From: an uncultured delta proteobacterium
GTDB lineage: Bacteria; Desulfobacterota; Binatia; UBA9968
Assembly: GCA_963816145.1 (NCBI GenBank)
Contig: CAWFJP010000029.1
Location: forward strand, 160,001-224,000
Reading direction: 5' to 3'
DNA length: 64,000 nucleotides
Made by a program: the position numbers and the translations under genes. Each line of letters begins with the position of its first letter. The stretch's first letter is position 1. Shown here piece after piece: positions 29,054 through 38,593 of this stretch. A model generated the notes under the pieces. It saw only the letters and a list, made by a program, of their open reading frames with translations. It ran no database searches and had not been told where the DNA came from.

Positions 29054-30544
29054 TTAATCAGCTTTCCGCTTTCGTTCCATCCGCAGACTAAATCCTTCAC
29101 GTTTAATGTAGACTTGAGTTGCGGCCTTGCGCCGGCTTAACTGTTCGATCAGCGCGACCAGCGGCGTGGCGGTGCTGCTGCGATAAACCTTCGGCGTGCC
29201 GGCGGCTTTCATCGTCGCCAAGGCTTCTGCGCCGGCAAAAAAATTAAGCAGCTTGTCGTCGTCGCTCACCCGGTCGCCGCCGAATTTCTCGCGAAACTCT
29301 CGCAGGGTCATTTCGGGAGCTTTCAATTGAGCCAATTCTTTGGCGCGCGCGCTCGACACCAAACGATCGCGCAGATTCGCCTTGATCGATTGGGCTTCCT
29401 CTTCGCCCCAATAGCCCAAGGCGTAAAGCAGCACTTCGTCGGTGACTTCTTGGTAACGTTGGCCGACCATCACGTTGATGGCGGCCTGGACGCCGAAGAA
29501 CTGGGAGTAGGGCGTTACCATGATCGGAAAGCCAAACTCGGCGCGCACGCGGGACACCTCTTCGAGCACCGCCGGCAGCTGGTCGAGCTTGCCCAAGTTT
29601 CCCAGTTGAAAGCGAAAATTGGAAATCATCCCGCCGGGCACCTGGTGCAACGGATGAAAGGCGTCGTATTCCAACGGTCGCCCGATCGGCAGATTCTCCT
29701 GCTTCGCTACCCTGGTGAAATGATCGCGCACTGGTTTGACGGCATCCTCGTCGACCATGGTCTGATAACCGAGAGCACGCGTGTTCATGGCGACGTTGAA
29801 CAGCGATGGATTGGACGAGCCGTCGGCGAGCGGCGGGATCGCAGTGTTGATCGAAGCGATGCCGAGTTTGATCGCTTCCAAGCAACAAATCGAGCCCAGA
29901 CCGGTGTTGCAGTGGGTGTGAAACTCCACCGGTTTGCCGTTCGCTTCGCGCAAGATCAGCGGCACCAGGCGGCGCGTCGACTCCGGTGTCAACAGGCCGC
30001 CGGGATCTTTGAAACAAAGCCGCTCGACATCGAGCTTGGCCGCTTCGCGGGTGCGTTCGACGAAGTATGCGTCGGTGTGTTTGGGTGAGATCGAATAAAT
30101 AATATTCAATATGGTTTTGAGCCCGACGCGTTTGGCGCCGGCGACCGCTTCTCGCCAGTATTTTGGTGTGTTCGACGGATCGGAGGTGCGCAGTTCCTGG
30201 ATGCCGTTGGCGGCCAAGCGTTCCAACCAAAGGTCGGTGATCGCCGGCGCGGTGATCTGAAACGCCAGCATGGAGCGGCTGCGAATCGAGCGCAGCGGTG
30301 TCTTCTTGATGCGCTGCGCCATCAGGCGAATCCGGTCCCAGGGATCGTCCTTTAAATCGCGCACACATTTTTTGTAAAACGCAGACGACATGATCTCGAT
30401 GGCTTCGAACCCGCCGCGGTCGACCTGCTCGGCGATAGGCAACATCATGCCCGTGCGCATGTTGGAGGCCCAAAGACTGAGCTGGCCATCGCGCATGGTG
30501 GTGTCGACGAAATAGACTTTGCGGTCTGGGTTCGCTTGCATCAT
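29054..30544 (-). CDS. Pyruvate carboxylase subunit B / oxaloacetate decarboxylase alpha-like carboxyltransferase without a biotinyl domain
   Basis: DTTMRDG, FKDPGG, FHTHCNTG, HQVPGGMISN, MVTPYSQ; no MKM biotin site. Confidence 0.85.
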   Translation of the reverse strand: MMQANPDRKVYFVDTTMRDGQLSLWASNMRTGMMLPIAEQVDRGGFEAIEIMSSAFYKKCVRDLKDDPWDRIRLMAQRIKKTPLRSIRSRSMLAFQITAPAITDLWLERLAANGIQELRTSDPSNTPKYWREAVAGAKRVGLKTILNIIYSISPKHTDAYFVERTREAAKLDVERLCFKDPGGLLTPESTRRLVPLILREANGKPVEFHTHCNTGLGSICCLEAIKLGIASINTAIPPLADGSSNPSLFNVAMNTRALGYQTMVDEDAVKPVRDHFTRVAKQENLPIGRPLEYDAFHPLHQVPGGMISNFRFQLGNLGKLDQLPAVLEEVSRVRAEFGFPIMVTPYSQFFGVQAAINVMVGQRYQEVTDEVLLYALGYWGEEEAQSIKANLRDRLVSSARAKELAQLKAPEMTLREFREKFGGDRVSDDDKLLNFFAGAEALATMKAAGTPKVYRSSTATPLVALIEQLSRRKAATQVYIKREGFSLRMERKRKAD

Positions 30545-30549
30545 GGGTG

Positions 30550-30621
30550 TGGAGTGGCCTGATGGAGTATTGGGGTAATGGGTCTCGGAATTTTCAACCA
30601 TCCACTACTCCAGCACTCCAA
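30550..30621. repeat. Tandem-inverted repeat, GGAGTRNT-type units
   Basis: tggagtattggggtaatgg ... ccactactccagcactcca. Confidence 0.7.
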
Positions 30622-30629
30622 TCTTTTGT

Positions 30630-30956
30630 TCAGTCGAGGTTCACATAGAGTCGGGTCCAATCGGTCGGTGTCGCGGTGTGCCCTTGGCCGGTGGTGTCTT
30701 CGGCGAGGAAGACATCGCCGGGATAAAAAGTCATGCTGCTGCCATCGCCGACGCCGATCTTGACGCAGCCGGTCAGGGTCACGACCCAACGCCGCCTGGG
30801 AGCGCGGTGAAAATTGACGATGTGGGGCGCGAAATCGTCGCGAAACAGGTGGCTGGTGGCCGGCTTGGTGTCATTGAAATAGGTCGCCTTGGCGCTGTCT
30901 AGCTTTTCGAAGTGAGATTGGCCGTCGGCACCGGCATAGAGTCGATAGAATTGCAT
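30630..30956 (-). CDS. Small cupin-fold protein
   Basis: RLYAGADGQSHFE, FHRAPRRRWVV, EDTTGQGH; RBS aggagg. Confidence 0.85.
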   Translation of the reverse strand: MQFYRLYAGADGQSHFEKLDSAKATYFNDTKPATSHLFRDDFAPHIVNFHRAPRRRWVVTLTGCVKIGVGDGSSMTFYPGDVFLAEDTTGQGHTATPTDWTRLYVNLD

Positions 30957-31083
30957 CGCAGCCTCCTGGATAAATGTGCGCTATTTCTAACATCAAATCC
31001 GTTGGCGGCGCCAGCGCCGTTTTGCTGCAAGCGGCGGCGAACGGAGAACCCGGGATTAACGTGAAGGGGGGATTGTTAGAGGA

Positions 31084-31121
31084 GGGGCAACGGCCATCGG
31101 GCGATTCTCTGCCGTTGCCCC
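31084..31121 (-). terminator. Hairpin downstream of the small ORF
   Basis: ggggcaacggc ... gccgttgcccc (11-bp stem). Confidence 0.55.
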
Positions 31122-31137
31122 TGCAAGAACGAGAGGG

Positions 31138-31242
31138 TTAAACACGGCCAATGGACTGGTATATCCCCCAGATGCTGTACAAGACCGTCATACCGAGAAT
31201 ACCCCATATTAGGAGCTTCATCCAAATCGGAAAATCTGCCAT
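31138..31242 (-). CDS. Unannotated 34-aa single-pass membrane protein
   Basis: MADFPIWMKLLIWGILGMTVLYSIWGIYQSIGRV*; strong RBS aaggagag upstream of ATG; hairpin downstream. Confidence 0.7.
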   Translation of the reverse strand: MADFPIWMKLLIWGILGMTVLYSIWGIYQSIGRV

Positions 31243-31348
31243 AAATTCTCTCCTTGAAAATTGCGCTTCCGCCTGCGCCCGGACTAATTGTTAGCGTCAG
31301 TGGAAGAATTATTAATGCCGCCGAAAAGCGAACTCAGGAGAGAGTGGC

Positions 31349-31660
31349 TTAAATTCGAAATGTCAGATTGAGTGTGATCAGGGATGGTGGGTCGTAGCGA
31401 TAGTAGGCCCCCTGAAGGTTCCCGTGTGCCAATTTCAGGCTTGGAATGACGTAGGCTGTTACCGAATCGAAAAGCGGTGCGATGGTGATCAAATTATCGA
31501 CACTGACACCGTTGTCTTCGTCGATGATTTCGCTCGCAATAGCGACGGGGTTACTCCAAGGCGAGTTGGAGCCGGTGTCGCTCATGGCTGCGGCAATTCG
31601 CACTGAGCTTGCCAATAAGAATGGCAACAGCAGCGAGTAAATGATCAGTGATTTTCGCAT
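31349..31660 (-). CDS. Signal-peptide-bearing small protein, candidate regulatory leader
   Basis: MRKSLIIYSLLLPFLLASS...YRYDPPSLITLNLTFRI*. Confidence 0.55.
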   Translation of the reverse strand: MRKSLIIYSLLLPFLLASSVRIAAAMSDTGSNSPWSNPVAIASEIIDEDNGVSVDNLITIAPLFDSVTAYVIPSLKLAHGNLQGAYYRYDPPSLITLNLTFRI

Positions 31661-31725
31661 CGTTCCAAGTCCAGTCTAGCAGGCGGTGGCGGCATGGCAA
31701 CCGCGTATGACTTTGCGCGACCCGC

Positions 31726-33210
31726 TCACAGCGGCGTCACGCTCGGTGGGGGCTTGCGATGCTTGGTCGCCTGCTCGTAGGCGTAGGCGAATTTGAGCAT
31801 GTTGCCGTCGTCGTAGGGGCGGCCGAGAAAGGTGATGCCTGCGGGCAAGCTGTCGCGGGTGAATCCCGCTGGGACGACCACCGACGGCACGTAAACCAAA
31901 AAGGTGTTGATATGCGGCGCGCCTTTTTGATCGACATAGGGCGGATTGATGCCATCTTTGATCAGCGTGGGCTGATGCTCCACGGCTTTGTGCACGATGG
32001 CGTCGAGGCGATGCTCGGCCATCAACTGCAAATAGTTTGTCATGAGCTCTTCGCGCGCTTTCAAGTACTCGTAGTTCGCGTCGTTGGACGGCGTGCGCGA
32101 CCAGCGTTCGCGCGAGCCTTTGACGACTTTCTGAAAGTCCGGCGACTGCATCGCTTCCCGGCGCGACGCGTAGGGCGGTTTGCCGCTGCGGCCGAAGTAT
32201 TCTCTAAAAGATTCTTCATCGTCCGCGAAGCTGCCGGCGCGTTTGGCTAAGAGCACTTTTAGATTCGGAATGACGACCGGGTCCACGACTACCGCGCCCG
32301 CGGTTTTGAGATCGCCGACGGCTTTGTCGAAGACCTCGGCGACCTTCGCGAAGTCCGCCGACTCCGGCTCGGAGTCATAGCCCATGGATTCGCGCAAAAT
32401 GCCGATGCGCGCGCCTTTGAGGCCGTTGCGGTCGAGAAACTTGGTAAAGCTATCCGACGTCCGGCCGACGCCGCGAGCCGTGACCGGATCGTCGGGGTCG
32501 TAGCCGACCATGTTGTCGAGCAGCTTGGCCAAGTCGGTCACCGTGCGCGCCATCGGTCCCAGTGAGCCGTTGACCGACGGCCAGCCGGCGTAGACGCCGC
32601 CGCGGCTGACCATACCGGCCGTGGGGCGCATGCCGGAAACGCAGTTCCACGTCGATGGCCGGCGGATCGAAGCAAAACCTTCCTGGCCGACGGCGACCGT
32701 GCAAAAGTTGGCCGAGACGCTGGCACCCGAGCCGCCCGAAGAACCGCCGGCGGTGCGTTCGAGATCGTAGGGATTTTTCGTCGAGCCGAATAACGAACCA
32801 TGGGTATCGCCGCCGCCGAGTTCGCCGAGGGTCGCTTTGCCGAGAATGATCGCGCCGGCTCTTTTGAGTTTTTCGACTACGAAGGCATCACGGCCGGGAT
32901 AGTAGTCTTTGAACAGCAACGAGCCCAGAGTGGTCGGCATCGGCGTCGCGTCGCCTTGATCCTTCATGATGATCGGTACGCCGTGCAGCGGTCCCACCGG
33001 ACCCGAAGACTTGTAGGCGGCATCGAGACGGTCGGCCTCTTTGAGCGCGTCGGGATTGAGTGTAATGATGGCATTGATCGCTGGACCGCTTTGGTCATAG
33101 GCCGCGATGCGATCGAGATACATTTGCACCAGGTGGCGGCAGGTCAGCTCGCCAGATTTATAGGCGGCGTGGACCTGCTCGATCGTCGTTTCGATAATGT
33201 TAAAAGCCAT
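31726..33210 (-). CDS. Amidase signature family protein
   Basis: GPLHGVPIIMKD, GGSSGGSG, ASIRRP. Confidence 0.92.
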   Translation of the reverse strand: MAFNIIETTIEQVHAAYKSGELTCRHLVQMYLDRIAAYDQSGPAINAIITLNPDALKEADRLDAAYKSSGPVGPLHGVPIIMKDQGDATPMPTTLGSLLFKDYYPGRDAFVVEKLKRAGAIILGKATLGELGGGDTHGSLFGSTKNPYDLERTAGGSSGGSGASVSANFCTVAVGQEGFASIRRPSTWNCVSGMRPTAGMVSRGGVYAGWPSVNGSLGPMARTVTDLAKLLDNMVGYDPDDPVTARGVGRTSDSFTKFLDRNGLKGARIGILRESMGYDSEPESADFAKVAEVFDKAVGDLKTAGAVVVDPVVIPNLKVLLAKRAGSFADDEESFREYFGRSGKPPYASRREAMQSPDFQKVVKGSRERWSRTPSNDANYEYLKAREELMTNYLQLMAEHRLDAIVHKAVEHQPTLIKDGINPPYVDQKGAPHINTFLVYVPSVVVPAGFTRDSLPAGITFLGRPYDDGNMLKFAYAYEQATKHRKPPPSVTPL

Positions 33211-33372
33211 CGGCAATCTCCTCGCGATCCTATCTGAATAGCGACTTCATATGCCAGTGGCGCATGAATGTCTAGTTTCCGTTTATCCTTGCAAGGAGGC
33301 CCGAGCGCTTTCGCGTTAGAAAATTCCCGTTGAAAATAAAATCGCCGGCGCGACTTGTAGTGGGTGCATCGA

Positions 33373-35262
33373 TTAGTGCGCTGAGCGCCGATTGGCGGAG
33401 GCAGGAGAGAGGCTCGTGACTTGCCTCGCCGCCTTCGCCGGCGGAGTTTGCGGTAGGCTGCGTGCCTGCAATTGGGCAAAGTGATAACGCAATAACGGAC
33501 CGGCTTCGTGGGCTGGCAAGCGGGATACTGCCTTGTAGAATTCATAGAGCACATGACAGGTCTGGCCAGCATCGCGGTTGGCTTGGCGCGTCTCGAAGAA
33601 CAGCACAGCATTGGCACCATAGCGTTTGCCGATGAGCGCCATAATCATGTCCCATCGCGCCTTGATAATTTGCCTCTCTGGTGGCTGATATTCTCGCGCT
33701 GCCGAACTCCTGAGCACCTCCGCCATCAGGCCGGTTTCTTTGGCGAGCATCTCTTCGGGAAAATACTTCGCCGTGTCGAGGGCTGCGCCGCTCAAGTCCA
33801 TGCCGAAGTAATGGGTGCAGATCTGGGCGCTTTCGGAGTAGAGCAGTGAAATCTGCTCTAGGATCATTTCCGCGTAGTCGAGCAAAAGCGTGTCTTCAGC
33901 GTGAGACAACCGCTCATAGGATACCGCCTTGGCCATCGGGTGGATGCGCAGCTGGAAATTCTCGGCGTTCCCCGAGGATTGTAACCCGGCATGGATCTCG
34001 CCGACGAGCTTTCGATAGCCGTCCGGTTCCTGTTCCTTGAGCAGTGTAAAAAACGGCGCGCGCTGCAGTTTGCGATCGAACGGGGCCAAGGAATCTTCGC
34101 CGTTGTGCCCGGCTTGGGGCTCCGCCGTCTCCAGCGATGGGCTAACGATATTGGCGGCGATAAGTTCGCTGAGGGACGGCTGCCAGCCTGCGGTGTCACG
34201 AGCGGTGAGCGCCTGGTCGGCAAAGACCGCCGGGACCCCGCGCGCCAGCCAATCGCGCCGGTCGCGCTCGTAGTCGCGCCAGAGTGCCCACTCCGGCATG
34301 CCGGGCTGGGTGCTGCGGTAGAATCGTAAAGTCGCCTGGTCGCCGATCCGCCGTGGCTCTCCGGCGACGAAGGCCAAAATGCATTCGCCATAACAGCCTT
34401 GTGAAGTCATGGTCGATAGTTTGCGCTCGGTGATCAGGTCGCGCAGCTGGCGCGCTTCGCGGGCGCTGCCGCCGTAGCTATTAAGTTGCAGCGATTGGAC
34501 CCGCGGATTGAGCGCCAATACTTGGGAAATTATTTTGCTGAGACCGACGCCGATGGCGCCGTCGATTGCCAACTCGGTGCCGCCGCGCATGAGCCTGAGC
34601 TCGTAGTGACCCGTCGGAACGATACCTCTGGCAATATTACTGAGTTCGATTAGCCGGGGTGTGCAAACCATGATCGCAAGATGAAGCCCGACGATGACCA
34701 TCATCAGCGATGCGGCGCGCGCGAGGCCGCACCAAAGTGCTGGGCCCCCTTGGACCGAATAACGGAGCGTCGCCCGCCAGACGGCGCGGAGAAATACCAA
34801 GGTGCCACCAAGATGCAGCGCGACCAGCGCGGTGAAAACGCCAACAACCGCAAAATTTGCGAATTCCTCCCAAGGCGGGCGGGACAAGCTGGCCGCGATG
34901 ACCGACTGGAATAGGGCGTAGCCCCAGAATGTCCGCGCCAGCGAACTGTCGCCGCGCCAAATTCTGCGCCAATTGCTTTTGGCGTGCCCATTGGAGTTTG
35001 TTCGTGCGAGAGTTTGAGCTGGGTTGGGAAGTGTCGCTGGCACTGCCGTTGCGTCTGGCAATTGCGCTGGTCCGACAGGTGTGCCGGAAGCGAGCGGCGG
35101 GCCCATCTGTGCCGCTGTTGAGTCCGGCACGATTGCCGCAGTTTCACCCCGTTGCCACAGCGTAAGTGTGGGCTGCCAGATCAGCCCTGGCAGAGCTTCA
35201 CCGCTTTCGTCGCCTGCGGCTACGCGGCTTGTGATATCCAGCTCGAAATTCGATACACTCAT
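33373..35262 (-). CDS. Hypothetical membrane protein with a ClpP/crotonase-like (COG3904-like) domain
   Basis: Three TM segments (WRG..SL..TFW), then LNSYGG...CYGEC.LAFVAG..R. Confidence 0.7.
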   Translation of the reverse strand: MSVSNFELDITSRVAAGDESGEALPGLIWQPTLTLWQRGETAAIVPDSTAAQMGPPLASGTPVGPAQLPDATAVPATLPNPAQTLARTNSNGHAKSNWRRIWRGDSSLARTFWGYALFQSVIAASLSRPPWEEFANFAVVGVFTALVALHLGGTLVFLRAVWRATLRYSVQGGPALWCGLARAASLMMVIVGLHLAIMVCTPRLIELSNIARGIVPTGHYELRLMRGGTELAIDGAIGVGLSKIISQVLALNPRVQSLQLNSYGGSAREARQLRDLITERKLSTMTSQGCYGECILAFVAGEPRRIGDQATLRFYRSTQPGMPEWALWRDYERDRRDWLARGVPAVFADQALTARDTAGWQPSLSELIAANIVSPSLETAEPQAGHNGEDSLAPFDRKLQRAPFFTLLKEQEPDGYRKLVGEIHAGLQSSGNAENFQLRIHPMAKAVSYERLSHAEDTLLLDYAEMILEQISLLYSESAQICTHYFGMDLSGAALDTAKYFPEEMLAKETGLMAEVLRSSAAREYQPPERQIIKARWDMIMALIGKRYGANAVLFFETRQANRDAGQTCHVLYEFYKAVSRLPAHEAGPLLRYHFAQLQARSLPQTPPAKAARQVTSLSPASANRRSAH

Positions 35263-35412
35263 GTTATCCGGCTAGCCGTCAGCTGGGCTGGTCGTCCCGA
35301 AACGGGATTATAGATCAAAATTAATCGGCCAGGGCAAGCCGGCGCCATTCTAGATAATTCCCGGCACGGCGGGCCAAGCATTTCCGGGCTTCGAGCGCCT
35401 GGCGAATGGCAG

Positions 35413-36060
35413 ATGAAAAAAAAGATATCAATTGAAAGGATTTCCGCGGAACTGGATACGGATCGGCCGATATGGGCCGCGGTAGGCGATCTCTGTTGCC
35501 GCACCGGCGATGGCGGTGATCCGATACCCAATGAGCGATGGGAGCTGTTCACGCGAATTTGGATCGAGCCTTACCGCGTGCTGATGCCGGAATGGAGCTA
35601 TGTCGCCTTGGCGGATCGGCGAGTGGTCGGCTACTTGAGCGGTTGCCCTGACACTGCGCGCTTTGCCCGAAGGTGTTTCGTGCGCTGTACTTTGCCGCTG
35701 TTGCGGCAGGTCGTTTGCGGCCGTTATCGCGGCGACGCTTACGGCAAGCGCTTCGCCCGCCAGGCTCTGCGGTTGGAAAACAGTCCGGAGCGGAGTTTTC
35801 CCAAGGCCATCAGGCGACGGCTACTACGGCAATTCCCGGCGCACCTGCATATGAACGTCGACGCCGAATTTCGCCGTGGCGGCGTCGGCAGGCGCTTAAT
35901 CGAACGGTTCATTCAAGATCTGCGGCAGCGGCGGGTCTCCGGCGTGCATCTCTTTTGCGGTGCGGCACCAGTACCGTTCTACACTTGCGTGGATTTTCAT
36001 GAGCTCGCGGTCATTTCTGTGCGCGGCAACCCGGTGTACGCGATGGTGCTGCGATTGTGA
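35413..36060 (+). CDS. GNAT family acetyltransferase
   Basis: VVGYL, PAHLHMNV, RRGGVGRRL, GVHL, FY. Confidence 0.85.
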   Translation: MKKKISIERISAELDTDRPIWAAVGDLCCRTGDGGDPIPNERWELFTRIWIEPYRVLMPEWSYVALADRRVVGYLSGCPDTARFARRCFVRCTLPLLRQVVCGRYRGDAYGKRFARQALRLENSPERSFPKAIRRRLLRQFPAHLHMNVDAEFRRGGVGRRLIERFIQDLRQRRVSGVHLFCGAAPVPFYTCVDFHELAVISVRGNPVYAMVLRL

Positions 36061-36153
36061 ATTATTTGCGACGGTGGCCGATTCGCTTGACGTGCCAGGG
36101 TCGCTTCAATACAGTTTATCGCCTGAGACTCCCGCTAGCATCGCTGCACAACC

Positions 36154-37545
36154 ATGGCTGAAGCCGACAAGAAACGATTTCGCCTTTCATTAAAGCTGAA
36201 GTTGAGTTTGCTGATCACTCTGCTGATTGTGCTGTCAGTGGTCTTGGTCGGCGATTATTTGCTAGACCAGGCTAAGAATAGCCTGCGCGGCGAGATTACC
36301 AAACGCGGCAATACCATCGCCCAGCAGTTCGCCGCCAGCGCTAAAAATCCTCTAGTCACCCGGGATGAGCTGACGCTCAGCCTGCTGGTCCGGGACGCGC
36401 TGAAAGACCCCGATGTCGCCTACGTGATCGTCGCCGACGAGGACGGCAAGATTGTCGCCCACGGCGATCTCAATGCCATCGGCAAAAAGTATCAGCGCTC
36501 CGCGTCATTGACGCCCCTCGCCAATACCGTCCTGGTGCAGAGTTACAATGATCAGGCCGGCGGTGAGATTATCGATTTTGCGGTGCCGCTGGAGTTTAGC
36601 AATGTGCGCGTCGGCGCGCTTTATCTGGGCTTTAGCGACCGCTCGATTCGCCAAACCATCGCCCGGGCGCGCGGCCAGACGATCTGGATAACCGGCTTAA
36701 TGATCATCGGTGGCATACTCGGCGCGGTCGGCCTGGCGATCGTATTGACTCGGCCGCTGCTTAAACTCGCCCAGGGAACCAAAGCTGTCGCTGCCGGCAA
36801 TTTTGATGTTGTGCTACCGATCTCGTCGCGCGATGAGATCGGTGATCTGACCGAGTCGTTCAATGAAATGGCCAAGAACTTGAAGGACAAGGAAAAGATC
36901 AAGCATGCCTTTAGCAGTTACGTGGCGCGCCAGGTGGTCGACGAGATTCTCAAGAACCCCGACGGTATCATGCTCACCGGCGAGCGCCGCGACGTGACGG
37001 TGATCTTTTGCGACCTGCGCGGCTTTACGCCTCTGGCGGAGAAATTACCGCCGGAGGAAGTCGTCGCCGCGCTCAATGAATTCTATAGCTTGATGATCGA
37101 TACGACGATCAAAAATGACGGCAGCATCAACAAATTTCTCGGCGACGCGGTGATGGCGATTTTCGGTGCGCCGGTGCACTATGCGGATCATTCACTGCGT
37201 GCCATCAAAACCGCGGTGGGCATGCAAGCTCAGGTGGTGGAACTCAGCGCCCAACGGGTGAAGAGCGGTAAGGCGCCGATTGCCATCGGCATTGGCGTCA
37301 GCGCCGGCGTAGCGGTGGCCGGTACCGTTGGTACGGAAAGCCAGATGGAGTACACCGTCATCGGCGATCGGGTCAATTTAGCCGCACGGCTTGAGTCCAA
37401 CGCCAAGCCGGGACAAATTCTTATCAGTCAAGAAACCTACGATCATGTCGCGGACCATGTAAAAGCGCGCTGCCTCGGCCTCATGAGCGTCAAAGGCAAG
37501 GAAGAAGAAGTCACGGTGTTTGAAATCCTCGGCATGGCGGATTAG
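36154..37545 (+). CDS. Membrane adenylate cyclase (sensor-HAMP-class III cyclase)
   Basis: Two TMs, HAMP (DEIGDL..SFNEM), FCDLRGFT, KFLGD, YTVIGDRVNLAARLE. Confidence 0.92.
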   Translation: MAEADKKRFRLSLKLKLSLLITLLIVLSVVLVGDYLLDQAKNSLRGEITKRGNTIAQQFAASAKNPLVTRDELTLSLLVRDALKDPDVAYVIVADEDGKIVAHGDLNAIGKKYQRSASLTPLANTVLVQSYNDQAGGEIIDFAVPLEFSNVRVGALYLGFSDRSIRQTIARARGQTIWITGLMIIGGILGAVGLAIVLTRPLLKLAQGTKAVAAGNFDVVLPISSRDEIGDLTESFNEMAKNLKDKEKIKHAFSSYVARQVVDEILKNPDGIMLTGERRDVTVIFCDLRGFTPLAEKLPPEEVVAALNEFYSLMIDTTIKNDGSINKFLGDAVMAIFGAPVHYADHSLRAIKTAVGMQAQVVELSAQRVKSGKAPIAIGIGVSAGVAVAGTVGTESQMEYTVIGDRVNLAARLESNAKPGQILISQETYDHVADHVKARCLGLMSVKGKEEEVTVFEILGMAD

Positions 37546-37591
37546 AGAATTGACAGAGCGCGATAGAGGCAGAGAATCGAGACCGATATTT

Positions 37592-38593
37592 ATGAGATGG
37601 ATCGGAATATTGTTCTGTTTGGCGCTGGCCGGCTGTAGCGCAACCACGTCAACTTCGTCATCGCCGGTCCAAGCGGATCGGGTGGCCGGGGAGTTTTTCG
37701 AGTCCGAGGACTATTTTGTCGTCGTCGCCAGGAGCGGCGACACGACGCAGAGCCTCGCCGCCAAGTATCTTGGCGATGCCAATCGAGACTGGATGATCGA
37801 AGATTATAACGGCACGGCGACGTTAACACCCGGGCAGGCGGTGGCGATCCCCAAACGGCCGTGGAATCTTTCCGGCGTGACTTCGACGGGATACCAGCTC
37901 GTGCCGATCCTGACCTACCACGATCTTGCGCCCGCGGCGAAAGGACGCATGGTGATGGGCGCCAAAGGTTTTGAGGAGCAGATGCGCTATTTGAAGGCGA
38001 ATGGTTATCGCGTCATCACGTTGAAAGAGTACGTCGAGTTCGCCTCTTTGCAGCGTCAATTGCCTCAGAAGAGCGTGTTGATCACCTTCGACGACGGCTA
38101 CCGGTCATTTTTGCGCTATGGCTATCCGGTGCTCAAAGAGCTGGGATTCTCGGCGACGCTGTTTATTTACACCGACTATGTCGCCGCCGGCGGTAACGCG
38201 TTTACCTGGCCTGAGCTGAAAAAATTATCCGACGAGGGCTTTTTCATCCAGGCGCATTCCAAGAGCCATGGCGACATGGTGCGCGCAAGGGGCGAGGGAG
38301 CGGCTGAATATGACAGACGCTTGGAAGCCGAACTAGTCCAGCCTAGGACGCTGTTCCAAAAATATTTGGGCTACGCTCCGGACGTCGTCGCCTATCCGTA
38401 CGGTCGCCAAGACGACGCGGTGGTGCGGCGGACTAAAGAGCGCGGTTACGTGGCGGCTTTTACCGTGCGGCGCCAGGGTAGTCAGTCATTTGTCGATCCC
38501 TATCGCATTCATCGGATACAAATCTATCCGGAGATGAGCATGGCGGATTTTGCCAAGAGTCTTAGTGTATTTAGCCAGGAAATCATAAAGTGA
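37592..38593 (+). CDS. LysM + polysaccharide deacetylase (CE4) lipoprotein
   Basis: LAGC lipobox; GDT..SLA..YLG; LTYH, TFDDG, HSKSH, AYPYG. Confidence 0.88.
   Translation: MRWIGILFCLALAGCSATTSTSSSPVQADRVAGEFFESEDYFVVVARSGDTTQSLAAKYLGDANRDWMIEDYNGTATLTPGQAVAIPKRPWNLSGVTSTGYQLVPILTYHDLAPAAKGRMVMGAKGFEEQMRYLKANGYRVITLKEYVEFASLQRQLPQKSVLITFDDGYRSFLRYGYPVLKELGFSATLFIYTDYVAAGGNAFTWPELKKLSDEGFFIQAHSKSHGDMVRARGEGAAEYDRRLEAELVQPRTLFQKYLGYAPDVVAYPYGRQDDAVVRRTKERGYVAAFTVRRQGSQSFVDPYRIHRIQIYPEMSMADFAKSLSVFSQEIIK

Noticed and set aside
28633-29100. Overlapping 152-aa (+) and 130-aa (-) ORFs
   Set aside because: No recognisable motifs, RBS or host codon bias; left unannotated.
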